Shown: piece after piece, positions 18,824 through 28,065 of the stretch
How the letters are laid out: every line of letters starts with the position of its first letter
Position numbering within the stretch: position 1 is the first letter of the stretch
Assembly (NCBI GenBank): GCA_049976305.1
Contig: JBMFIM010000004.1
Span: forward strand, 1 to 54,936
Source: Candidatus Micrarchaeia archaeon
GTDB lineage: Archaea > Micrarchaeota > Micrarchaeia > Micrarchaeales > CABMGC01
DNA: 54,936 bases
Direction of reading: 5' to 3'
Translations under genes and position numbers: made by a program
Notes under the pieces: model-generated
Databases searched by the model: none
The model's input: only the letters and a program-made list of their open reading frames with translations
Told to the model about the DNA's origin: nothing

Positions 18824-21463
18824 ACGGAGCTGAGCAAAGAAAAGCTTAGGGAGGAATTTTGGAAGCAGCCTGAGAAATACTATAAAGTAAAGCTCTTTGA
18901 AGAGCTTGGCTTCGAGAGGAAAAAATGCGAGATATGCGGCAGATACTTCTGGACAGCAGACCCCAACAGGACCACTTGCGACGATTCCTCGCACACGCCA
19001 TATTCATTCTTCAAGGAAAAGCCTAAGCCAATAGGCTATGTCGAATTCTGGAAGATGTTCAGCAAGTTCTTCGAAGATAATAAGCATGCAATAATAGACA
19101 GATACCCGGTAGTTAGCAGATGGAGGCAAGATCTATATTTCACCATTGCCGGCATACAAGACTTCCAAAGGATAGAAAACGGTGTTATGAGCTTCGAATA
19201 TCCTGCAAACCCTCTCCTTGTTCCCCAGATGTGCATGAGGTTCAACGATGTGGAGAATGTAGGAGTTACAGGCAGGCACTTCACCGCTTTCATGATGGCA
19301 AACCAGACATCTTTCAACTGGCCCGAAGAAGGATATTGGAAAGACGAAACTATAAGGCTCAACTTTGAATTTCTTAACAAGGTTTTGGGCATAAGGAAAG
19401 AGGATATTATTTACCACGAAGACGTATGGGCCATGCCAGACTTTTCAGAGTTCGGCCCCAGCCTAGAAACGTTCTCCAAAGGCCTAGAGATTGTAAACAG
19501 CGTATTTACAGAGTTTGGCTTGATAAACAACGAGATAAAAGAGCTCAAAGGCAAGGTTGTCGATGCTGGCTGGGGATTTGAAAGGGCCTTGTGGTTTTAT
19601 TCGGGATTTGATAATGCTTACGAGGCGGCGTTTGGTAGCATTATAAGAAAGATAGAGGAGGAAAGCGGGATAAGCATAGATACAAATCTTTATAGGAAGT
19701 TTGCTGCTTATTCTGGCTCCCTCGACTTCGAAGAAAAAGGAAGATCCAGTCTCGAGAAAGTGCTAAAAGAGCTTGGCATAAATTGGGAAGAATATGAAAA
19801 CCAAATAAGAGTTGCACAAGCTATATACGCGACTGTAGACCATGCAAGGACCTTGCTTTTTGCGATAACCGATGGAGCACTGCCCTCAAACATAGGTGGC
19901 GGATACAATTTAAGAGTAATTCTGAGACGCGCCTTCGACTTTATTGAAGGCTATGGAATAAAACCTTCGCTTACCGAAATAGCTGAGCTCATAGCACAAG
20001 ACCTCAAGGGCCTTTATCCTGAACTGCTTGGTAGCATAGACACCTTTGACAAGGTAATAGGCATAGAAAGGGAAAGGTACCGCAAGAGCGTAGAAAATGC
20101 AAGGCATATTGCAGAGGTCACAATTGCAAAGGGCAATGTAAACGCTCAAACGCTCAAGACGCTCTATGAAAGCTACGGCATAACGCCGGAATTGCTGCAC
20201 AAAATCGCAAAGGAAAAGAAGATTGAGCTGCACATTGAGGAAAATGCTTACAAGCAGCTTCTAACAGGCGACATGGTAAGAAAGGAAAAAGAGAAGGAAT
20301 TGCCTTTCAGCGTAGAAGGCTTGCAGCCCACAAAGCCTCTTTACTATTCTTTCACTACAAAGGCCAAGGCAAAGGTAGTTCTCACACATGATAAGTTTGT
20401 AGTCCTTGATCAAACGCCGTTCTACCCTGAAGGCGGCGGACAAGAACCTGACTTGGGTACAATAAACGGAGTAAAAGTAGAGGATGTGCAGAAAGTGAGC
20501 GGGGTAATAATTCACAAGCTTGAAAATAACCCATTCAAAGTGGGTGATGAAGTATATGCTGAAGTAGATGAAAGAAGAAGAAACAGGCTAATTGCCCACC
20601 ACACAGCCACGCACCTGATAAGCGCTGCTGCAAGAAAGCTTCTTGGCAATCATGCATGGCAAGAAGGCGCTAAAAAAGGGCCTGAAAAGGCGCATATAGA
20701 CATAGCACACTATGAAAAACTCAGCGAAGAACAGCTTCTGGCAATAGAGAACCAGGTAAACGAATGGCTCATGCATGGCATAAAGGTCAACGCCCAAGAA
20801 ATGGACAGAAAAGAGGCCGAGGGCAAGTATGGCTTCGGCATATACCAAGGCCACGGCGTGCCTGCAAAGACACTAAGAATCGTTACGATAACTGATCTTA
20901 ACAACAACCTAATAGACGCTGAAGCATGCGGGGGGCTCCACGCAGTAGGCAGAGAGTATTTGCTGCTAATGGTCAAAATAATAGGAAGCGAAAGAATCCA
21001 TGACGGCGTAGACAGAATAGAATTTGTAGCGGGAGAGGCTGCTTTGAAGTATTTGCAGAGGGAGCATGCGATAATTGAAAAGCTGGCTACGCAGCTGAAC
21101 GTAGAGCCGGAGAAAATAGAGGAAAGGCTTAAAGCATATTCTGAGTCTGCAGAAAAAAAGAGCAAGGAGCTTGAAAAGGGCTACGATGCTCTTGCAGAAT
21201 CTCTAGCCAAAGCCTATGAAGGGAAAGAAGAGATAGAGCTCGTGATAGACCTCCCAGGCAATATGCTCGCGAAGATAGGGGACAAAATTGCGAAGGCCAA
21301 CAAGAAAGGAATAGTAGTAATAAGAAACAAGGCTGGAGACCTTATTTGCATAGCTGGCGAGCAGTCAGGCAAAAGCGCAATAGATTATGTGAAGCAGAAA
21401 TTCAAGCAGTTCAAAGGAGGGGGAAGTGTGAAATTTGCCAGCGGAAGAGTTGAAAAAGTATAG
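18824..21463 (+). CDS. alaS: Alanine--tRNA ligase (archaeal type); N-terminus extends upstream of the ORF-track ATG to a probable ACG start
   Basis: In-frame ELSKEKLREEF...LFEELGFERKKCEICGRYFWT upstream of 19055; RYPVVSRWRQDLYFTIAGIQDFQ, DHARTL, HHTATHL and EACGGLH editing motifs. Confidence 0.96.
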   Translation, partial: TELSKEKLREEFWKQPEKYYKVKLFEELGFERKKCEICGRYFWTADPNRTTCDDSSHTPYSFFKEKPKPIGYVEFWKMFSKFFEDNKHAIIDRYPVVSRWRQDLYFTIAGIQDFQRIENGVMSFEYPANPLLVPQMCMRFNDVENVGVTGRHFTAFMMANQTSFNWPEEGYWKDETIRLNFEFLNKVLGIRKEDIIYHEDVWAMPDFSEFGPSLETFSKGLEIVNSVFTEFGLINNEIKELKGKVVDAGWGFERALWFYSGFDNAYEAAFGSIIRKIEEESGISIDTNLYRKFAAYSGSLDFEEKGRSSLEKVLKELGINWEEYENQIRVAQAIYATVDHARTLLFAITDGALPSNIGGGYNLRVILRRAFDFIEGYGIKPSLTEIAELIAQDLKGLYPELLGSIDTFDKVIGIERERYRKSVENARHIAEVTIAKGNVNAQTLKTLYESYGITPELLHKIAKEKKIELHIEENAYKQLLTGDMVRKEKEKELPFSVEGLQPTKPLYYSFTTKAKAKVVLTHDKFVVLDQTPFYPEGGGQEPDLGTINGVKVEDVQKVSGVIIHKLENNPFKVGDEVYAEVDERRRNRLIAHHTATHLISAAARKLLGNHAWQEGAKKGPEKAHIDIAHYEKLSEEQLLAIENQVNEWLMHGIKVNAQEMDRKEAEGKYGFGIYQGHGVPAKTLRIVTITDLNNNLIDAEACGGLHAVGREYLLLMVKIIGSERIHDGVDRIEFVAGEAALKYLQREHAIIEKLATQLNVEPEKIEERLKAYSESAEKKSKELEKGYDALAESLAKAYEGKEEIELVIDLPGNMLAKIGDKIAKANKKGIVVIRNKAGDLICIAGEQSGKSAIDYVKQKFKQFKGGGSVKFASGRVEKV

Positions 21464-21476
21464 GCAAGCAGGCGAA

Positions 21477-21977
21477 ATGATGAATTTGGTATATGCAGCG
21501 TTTGTTTACCCTATTCTATACATACTTCCTGCATACGTGGCAAATGGCGCACCTGTAATATTTGGCGGAGGAAAGCCATTAGATATGGGAAAAAAGTTCA
21601 GAGGTAAAAGGATATTTGGCGACCACAAGACAGTAAGAGGGCTTGTTGCAGGCTTAGTGAGCGGCATAGCAATAGGCAGCATTGAATCCCTTTTCATTCC
21701 ATACATGCTCCTAGTCGGTGTGCTTCTCAGCATCGGAGCCCATGCTGGCGATCTGCTTGGAAGCTTCGTTAAGAGGCAAGTAGGCATAAAAGAAGGCGGC
21801 AGATTGCCGGTGCTCGACCAATACTTGTTTTTTGTTTTCGCAATTTTGTTTGCTTGGCCACTAGGTCATCTTCCAAGTGGGTGGGGAATCCTGTTCCTCG
21901 TAGTCCTTACTGGCCTGCTTCACATCTCTACAAATTTCGGCGCATACAAGCTGAGGCTGAAAAAGGTTCCTTGGTAG
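21477..21977 (+). CDS. carS: CDP-archaeol synthase (DUF46)
   Basis: PAYVANGAPVIFGGGKPLD, IFGDHKTVRG, GDLLGSFVKRQ, PVLDQ, LKKVPW. Confidence 0.93.
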   Translation: MMNLVYAAFVYPILYILPAYVANGAPVIFGGGKPLDMGKKFRGKRIFGDHKTVRGLVAGLVSGIAIGSIESLFIPYMLLVGVLLSIGAHAGDLLGSFVKRQVGIKEGGRLPVLDQYLFFVFAILFAWPLGHLPSGWGILFLVVLTGLLHISTNFGAYKLRLKKVPW

Positions 21978-24284
21978 TTAGACAATAAGCTGGTCCAGTG
22001 TTTCAAGGCTTATCAGCTTGACGTAGCTGTAGTCTATGGCAAGCTTTAGCACGCTAGCGGACTTGGTATACGAAAGGTAAAGCTTCTTTGTAAACTCCCT
22101 CTTTATGTCCTCGTTAAGGAACACTATGAAAGTAGGAAGCCTGCTGCTTACTGAGAACTTGCGCATGCCACTTTGGCTCGAGTATATAATTACAGCCGCC
22201 TGCCTGCTGCTCTTTGTTATCAACATGTCAGCTATCGGTTCGGTATTCAGGTCAGTGAACAGCATTGCGTGCGACACGCAATAGTCTCTGAGCTGCCTGA
22301 AAATTACAAGGTATTCAGCGTCGTGCTTTGAAGCGTCAATCCAAGAAGTAAGCAAGTAATATCCGTTCGCTTCAGTAACCAATCCTTGCTTTATCAATTG
22401 CTGAAGAAGGTTTTGGGCATTTTGTGTAGTTATTGAGATGGGTGCATTTCCTATGCGAATGTAATTGCTTATCCCATTTTTGAACTCGTCAAGGGTTATT
22501 GGCATAAAGGACCAGTGGTAGTAGTAGTTTAGCTTTTCAAAAACAGAAACTAGGTCCTGTGGCGTGGTCTTAGCAACCTCCTTCTTCTCTGGCAGAAAAG
22601 TAGGCACATCTATATAGTACTCATCCCTGTTAGGCGGTTTAAGCACAAGATTAAGGAGCAGTATAGCGAGCAGCACGATTCCCAGTTCAATGTAAAATGC
22701 AGGTATGTGCATTATCTCTTTCGAGTATGTGACAGAATAGGTAAGAGTCGTTCCAAATATGCCAAGCTTAAAAGTCTGCTTGCCGTAGCTTACTAGGGTA
22801 CCTTTTGGCAAAGAATAAAGCAGCTTGCCTCCTTGTATGCTCACATTTTCAGCATAGGCGCCATCTAAAGAGAGTATGCCAGAAGCAGTAACCGGGTAGG
22901 TGCCTGAGTAAACGTTAAATACGAAAGTCCCGTTCTTGAAATTCAAAGACACGGGCGTAAGCACAAGTTGCGGGATTTTGAAAACAGCTATAGAGTAGTT
23001 TTCATCAAACTGGTTTCTAAGCAGGGCAACATATGTGCCGCTAGGAAGCGTGAAGATGTGCCTGAGCTCAAACGCTACTGTTCCGGAAAAAGAATGAAAC
23101 ATAGGGATTGATTCTACATAGCTAAGGTTTTGATTCAAAAGGTCTATATGGAGCTGCACTGGTGTTGGCGAGGTGACATTTACAAATATAGTAGTGTTTG
23201 CCGCGTCGTAAACAACGCTTGGCAGGCTAAACTTTGCTATGCCGGAGTAGTTCGCTTTGAAGACTGCTATTTTTGTAAGGTAAGATGTGGAGTTGCTTAT
23301 GGTGAGCCTTGCAATGTTTGTAGAGCTGTTTGCCTCGTTGCTATCACCGAAAGGTATGCTTGTTTGGTTTGTAAAAATGCCAAGCTTTCCTGTCGCGTTT
23401 GTTACATTTTCCTCAACATATGCCAGCTTAGGTATCCAGAAAGCGGCGTTTATGGAGTAAGCAAGAGCATGGGCGAAAGAAGTCAGATTGGACCAGGCAA
23501 AAGTGGGATAGTTCGAGAAAGCTATGAAGGTGCCGTTGCCTGCTTTTGTGTATGCTATGTCATTCCAAAGGCTGCCGTGGCTAAGTGCGAAAGTGGGCTT
23601 ACTAAACAATGATGAATTTGGCTTAGACATGTTCGAAGGAAGGGGAAAGGAAGTTATGTTATAGCTTGCGAGCTGGGAAAGCATGCTTGGCGGCGTTATG
23701 TAGATTATGCCACCGCTACTAACCGACTTGTTAAATGCTTGGCCTATGTATATTATAGTGTCGCCCTTGTTTAAAAGCTCAAATATTCCTGATGAGTTTT
23801 GCAAAAGCGGCAAAGGCATAAGGCCTGATGGTACTATCACGATTGAACCTGGCTCGATAGCTGACAGGTTTTGCAATGAAACATAATTGAAGCTGCTTCT
23901 GTTGAGTATGAGACCTAGGTTTGAAAGGTAGCTTTCCAAAGCAGAAACAAGATCCTGCTCATTAAACGTGTTGATCGAGTACTGAGTTACGTTTAGAATG
24001 TAAATCGGCCTTATAGGATTTGAAGAATAAGAAGCTATGGAAAGCAGTGCGGAAGAAAAGTTGTAGGCAGAATACGAGAGCAACGTATAAAGGGCCAACC
24101 TGCTTGCATTGTTGTAAGATGCAAAAAACGCTTTATTTACATACAAACTAGAGGAAAGAGGGCCTATGTGACTTACTGAAATATGGGCAAGGCCTGAATA
24201 AGCCATGCTTCTTACTTCCAAAACAAGAGCTAAAAGAATCACTAGCAGGATAACGGCAATTACTACAAATTTCAGGCCTTTCGT
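21978..24284 (-). CDS. Large secreted/membrane-anchored protein with a cytoplasmic C-terminal domain; probable ACG start
   Basis: (M)KGLKFVVIAVILLVILLALV signal/anchor, many N-x-S/T sites, second TM ELGIVLLAILLLNLVL, charged C-terminal domain. Confidence 0.75.
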   Translation of the reverse strand, partial: TKGLKFVVIAVILLVILLALVLEVRSMAYSGLAHISVSHIGPLSSSLYVNKAFFASYNNASRLALYTLLSYSAYNFSSALLSIASYSSNPIRPIYILNVTQYSINTFNEQDLVSALESYLSNLGLILNRSSFNYVSLQNLSAIEPGSIVIVPSGLMPLPLLQNSSGIFELLNKGDTIIYIGQAFNKSVSSGGIIYITPPSMLSQLASYNITSFPLPSNMSKPNSSLFSKPTFALSHGSLWNDIAYTKAGNGTFIAFSNYPTFAWSNLTSFAHALAYSINAAFWIPKLAYVEENVTNATGKLGIFTNQTSIPFGDSNEANSSTNIARLTISNSTSYLTKIAVFKANYSGIAKFSLPSVVYDAANTTIFVNVTSPTPVQLHIDLLNQNLSYVESIPMFHSFSGTVAFELRHIFTLPSGTYVALLRNQFDENYSIAVFKIPQLVLTPVSLNFKNGTFVFNVYSGTYPVTASGILSLDGAYAENVSIQGGKLLYSLPKGTLVSYGKQTFKLGIFGTTLTYSVTYSKEIMHIPAFYIELGIVLLAILLLNLVLKPPNRDEYYIDVPTFLPEKKEVAKTTPQDLVSVFEKLNYYYHWSFMPITLDEFKNGISNYIRIGNAPISITTQNAQNLLQQLIKQGLVTEANGYYLLTSWIDASKHDAEYLVIFRQLRDYCVSHAMLFTDLNTEPIADMLITKSSRQAAVIIYSSQSGMRKFSVSSRLPTFIVFLNEDIKREFTKKLYLSYTKSASVLKLAIDYSYVKLISLETLDQLIV

Positions 24285-24332
24285 TTAATCAACCTTTGCC
24301 AAGTTCAATGCAAGCATGCATGATCTCGCTCT

Positions 24333-24488
24333 CTATTGCTGGCTTGACTGCTGGTTTTTGCTTATCAGCTTGTCTATAAGCTTGGAGAAGGCGATTGAGA
24401 GCTTGTTTTCTTGCTGGCCTATCTTTTTGACTATCTTGTAGACCTTTATGTAGCGGTACTTTTTGTTTATTGAGACTATGTATTTCAT
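24333..24488 (-). CDS. Small basic hypothetical protein (MKYIVSINKKYRYIKVYKIVKK...)
   Basis: ATG 2 nt after the upstream gene's stop codon; 51 aa; fills the gap in a minus-strand operon. Confidence 0.4.
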   Translation of the reverse strand: MKYIVSINKKYRYIKVYKIVKKIGQQENKLSIAFSKLIDKLISKNQQSSQQ

Positions 24489-24490
24489 AG

Positions 24491-25243
24491 CTATCCCTTA
24501 AGCTCGAGGTAACCAAGGCCAACCATCTTGTCAAGTATTTGCTCCACTCTAGGCTCAGGGACCTTATAAGTCTTTGCAAACTCCTCTATGTCTATTGTAC
24601 TGTCATGCACCTCGAGCCAGTCCTCTATCATCGCCATCAGGGCCTCATCAGAGTAGGTCTGCAAGGCCTTAAGCTGCTCCTGGAGCTTTTTGTTTTCCTC
24701 GCTCAGTTGCGAAGCTTGAAGGGTTAGGTTTCTGTTGGCATTGCTAAGCTCGGTTGCAAGCTTCCTAAGCTCTGAGAACTCTGCAAGCAAAGAGTCGTAT
24801 TTGTTGAAAAGCGTGCTATAATTATCATTAAGCCCGCTGAGCAGGTCCGAGATTACCGAATCTATGTATTGGAAGAACTTCTGCGTGTTGATTTTGAAAT
24901 CGTCATCGATCATTGCCAAAATGCCGGACAGGTTTTTCAGCACAGTTGCCCTTCTCATCCTGTCGCTCGTATTAGGCACTATTGAATAGGTAAGCCCAAT
25001 CTCGTTGCTCCTCAGCTTCACGATGTAAAAAAGGAAAGGCTCCTTGCGCACATTCCTGCTTTCTACGTGAACTATATCAAGCTCGTCCTGAGCCTGAGTA
25101 AAGGTATAAAATGGTACTTGCGAAAGTTTTCCTTTTATTGCTTCAAAACTGCTGGTAAGGCTGCCTGGAAACTGTATCTCTTCTATCTTTGGCTCTATCA
25201 ATTCCTCTTCTGCCACCTTCGCACCTTTAAATGTATCGCTCAT
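24491..25243 (-). CDS. Hypothetical protein with coiled coil and C-terminal winged helix
   Basis: Heptads at LLAEFSELRKL...LQEQLKAL; IDIEEFAKTYKVPEPRVEQILDKMVGLGYL. Confidence 0.75.
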   Translation of the reverse strand: MSDTFKGAKVAEEELIEPKIEEIQFPGSLTSSFEAIKGKLSQVPFYTFTQAQDELDIVHVESRNVRKEPFLFYIVKLRSNEIGLTYSIVPNTSDRMRRATVLKNLSGILAMIDDDFKINTQKFFQYIDSVISDLLSGLNDNYSTLFNKYDSLLAEFSELRKLATELSNANRNLTLQASQLSEENKKLQEQLKALQTYSDEALMAMIEDWLEVHDSTIDIEEFAKTYKVPEPRVEQILDKMVGLGYLELKG

Positions 25244-25320
25244 TTATTTTATAATTCTATCTGAGTTTCGGCAATAAGCAGGAAGAAACATTTTAAATTT
25301 TATACTACCTAGTAACCAAT

Positions 25321-26322
25321 ATGCAGAAAAAGCAAGCTAAGCCGGCGCGACCAAGGATCGTCTCCCCCGTAAGGTTTTACACATTCGTAGCAATAGTAGT
25401 GATAATAGTCGCTATTGTCGTAGCCATTGTTCTGCAAAAAAGCTCAGTAATCAGCATTACAAACCCGATTCTGCTGACACTGCATAAAAACCAGACCTTG
25501 CTCTTGAGGCTACAAAACACAACAGATGCTATATACTTGGCAAACTCCAATACAACAGGTGCCTTGATTTACTTTGGGCCGATGCCATTTGGACTGGCTA
25601 ATTTCGGAGAGCTACGGCTAGGCGAAAATGCATCGGTAAATCTAAGCTCTTCATTTGGCAGTGTTGCAGACTTAAACATAAAATTGGTGGCAAGCAATGC
25701 AACATCTGCCAAGCTGTATTTCACACCTATAGCTGCTTACCTCGGCATTAAGCCAGCAAAAATTGCCATGCTTGGCCCTACTCCAATACAGATCGAGCAA
25801 GGCCTCAAATTGATAGTAACAACTTCTTCGACCACCACCTCCACTACCACCTCAACAATAAACTATACTTCGCAGCTCCTAAACAATGCAATCAACTATG
25901 CCAACACGAAAACAAGCGTAGGCCAACTTTTACTGGCATATAAGCAGCTCTATATCAAGGACAAGGTATGCAATGCGACAGTTTATAACGAGACATTTTA
26001 TCACTATTACAACAAAATGCCTTCTGGCCCCCAGAGTTTTGCCAACATGACTAAGATAGTGCCTATCAGCATAAACGAAACGGCTTCCCAACTCTATGGC
26101 AATTTGGTATATGTCAACTTCACACCTGTTCTGCGCAATGGTACAATGCATACTCCAATGTTCTCAATGCTTCTAAACCTCACTCCAAACGCACAAGCGC
26201 CAATCATAGAGACAAGATTTGAAGGCATTCTATTCGGAGACAATTATACTATATTGAATGCCACGTACCAGTTCCAGAGCAGGATAACGAACTATTGCGG
26301 GGCGTATATAGAACCTCCTTGA
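25321..26322 (+). CDS. Membrane-anchored surface glycoprotein with Ser/Thr linker
   Basis: Basic N-terminus plus TM, TTSSTTTSTTTST linker, many N-x-S/T sequons, paired Cys. Confidence 0.75.
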   Translation: MQKKQAKPARPRIVSPVRFYTFVAIVVIIVAIVVAIVLQKSSVISITNPILLTLHKNQTLLLRLQNTTDAIYLANSNTTGALIYFGPMPFGLANFGELRLGENASVNLSSSFGSVADLNIKLVASNATSAKLYFTPIAAYLGIKPAKIAMLGPTPIQIEQGLKLIVTTSSTTTSTTTSTINYTSQLLNNAINYANTKTSVGQLLLAYKQLYIKDKVCNATVYNETFYHYYNKMPSGPQSFANMTKIVPISINETASQLYGNLVYVNFTPVLRNGTMHTPMFSMLLNLTPNAQAPIIETRFEGILFGDNYTILNATYQFQSRITNYCGAYIEPP

Positions 26323-26375
26323 ACAAGACAGGCTTAAGTAATATTAATGTTTTATTGTAAACATAAGGCAGGTAC

Positions 26376-27209
26376 ATGCTGAGTGGCAAAAACCTTTTCA
26401 TAGCAATTATTTTCGTGGCGATTTTGCTAGTACTTGTTCTTTATCTTGTGCCGCTACCTTGGCCTGCAAGGGCCATTTTAGCAATAATTATACTGGGCAT
26501 AGATCTCGTTGGATTCGCTACAAAATATTATGACTATTTCCTGATTCCGTTGTTGCAGATGAAAAACAGAACAGTAGTGCTGAGCGAAGAGCCCGCGTTC
26601 AGAATAGCCCCGGATGACAACACTATTCTCAAAAACGTCCCGGGAGGCGTTTATGCAAGCGCCTTTATAAACATACCAATCTACAAATCGGCAACTGAGA
26701 TGGACGATGGGATGAGGCTAGATATAGCTACTACCTTTTCAAAAATACTTTCGCTCAGCAAGGAACCTATGAAATTCTCCACGATACTTTATGTTGTGAA
26801 CAAGGATGAGTATATACAAGAAATAAGAAACAAGCTTGATGAAGCAGAAGCAAAGTATGCGCAGTTGAATGCTCAATCGGCTCCTGGTGTTGCAAATCCG
26901 GAATTGGAAAGGGCAAAGGGCGAAGCGACAATGTGGAGAAACTTGTTTGACAACATAAGCAGGGTAAAATCAAGCGCTCTAGCTAACATAATTATGGTAA
27001 CGGCTTTTGGCGGGAATGAGGAAGAAGCAATAGCAATAGCTTCGCAGAAGGCTGAGGAAATTGCGGCAGGGGTAAGCGCGCTCCTCGGAGTAAATGCCTA
27101 TATTATGTCCTCTAAGGAATTCCTTAAATTTATAGAACCGGAGGAGCTCATGCCCATAGGAACCATAAGCGAGGAACTTAAGGAGAAAATCGCAAGCGTA
27201 GGGGTATGA
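26376..27209 (+). CDS. Two-TM membrane protein with coiled coil; possible VirB3/VirB4-N-terminal-like subunit
   Basis: Two N-terminal TMs, soluble alpha/beta domain with central coiled coil; paralogous layout to the next gene. Confidence 0.65.
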   Translation: MLSGKNLFIAIIFVAILLVLVLYLVPLPWPARAILAIIILGIDLVGFATKYYDYFLIPLLQMKNRTVVLSEEPAFRIAPDDNTILKNVPGGVYASAFINIPIYKSATEMDDGMRLDIATTFSKILSLSKEPMKFSTILYVVNKDEYIQEIRNKLDEAEAKYAQLNAQSAPGVANPELERAKGEATMWRNLFDNISRVKSSALANIIMVTAFGGNEEEAIAIASQKAEEIAAGVSALLGVNAYIMSSKEFLKFIEPEELMPIGTISEELKEKIASVGV

Positions 27210-27210
27210 C

Positions 27211-28035
27211 ATGGACGCAAATACACTCACTTACATAGCAACGAGCTCAATAGTTGCACTGCTCGTAGGTTTTGGAGCTGGGCTTTACGGTCCGGCTGCG
27301 ATATTCATAGTCATATTGAGCATACTCGCCATTCTTCTAGTATTCATAATTAACTATGCAGACTTCCTGCTCTTTCCGCTTTTCACCCACATACTCCGAA
27401 TAAAAATAATACCTACCAAAGACTATTACATACCTCCTACCAATGATTGCGTCATAAAGTATGTCAATGGACTTTATTATGCTGTGGGCTACCTAACAGC
27501 CAACATCTACAACTATGTCTTCAACATAGAAAAGATTGAAGAAGGCATGGAGGAAGCATTGGCTGAAGCCCCAAACACATGGGAAAGGATAGTCCAAAAC
27601 ATAAAATTCCCGTTCAAATACAACTTTATAACCTATGCTGAGGATATTCAGAAATACAGAGACGAGCTTGAGGCTAAAAGAGGCATGCTTGAATTCCAGC
27701 TTTCGAAAGAAATGGAGTCGCAAAACCCAAGCCAGCTGACAATAGAAGACCTGCAAAGAAGGATAAACATAATACAGGCTAGAATAGACAGGCTTTCATC
27801 CGGCGAGAGACCCATAAACGCGGTAATGTATATAGAAACAGAAGCAGTGGGAGTAAGCGAAAAAGACGCTAGAGACCAGCTTACTTCACAGCTTGACCAC
27901 CTTACCACACTCTTTGGCGGCTTTGACGTAAGCATAACAAGGATTGTTGGCAGAGAACTCTATCTTTTATTCAAGTATGGCTACTTCCTGCCTGATATAA
28001 TGACCCTCAACCAGGTATTCAGCATACAGAAGTAG
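27211..28035 (+). CDS. Two-TM membrane protein with coiled coil; paralog of the previous gene
   Basis: YADFLLFPL vs YDYFLIPL; YAVGYLTANIY vs YASAFINIPIY; PFKYN vs PMKFS; AVGVSEKDA vs AFGGNEEEA. Confidence 0.65.
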   Translation: MDANTLTYIATSSIVALLVGFGAGLYGPAAIFIVILSILAILLVFIINYADFLLFPLFTHILRIKIIPTKDYYIPPTNDCVIKYVNGLYYAVGYLTANIYNYVFNIEKIEEGMEEALAEAPNTWERIVQNIKFPFKYNFITYAEDIQKYRDELEAKRGMLEFQLSKEMESQNPSQLTIEDLQRRINIIQARIDRLSSGERPINAVMYIETEAVGVSEKDARDQLTSQLDHLTTLFGGFDVSITRIVGRELYLLFKYGYFLPDIMTLNQVFSIQK

Positions 28036-28065
28036 GCATAAATAATTTATGAGAGATGTTTAACT

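Noticed and set aside
24289..24579. 96-aa minus-strand ORF from the ORF track
   Set aside because: It overlaps the upstream gene by 89 bp. The 24333..24488 frame has a better-placed ATG, although a frameshifted single gene cannot be excluded
25815..25862. ACC/ACT short tandem repeats
   Set aside because: They simply encode a Ser/Thr linker
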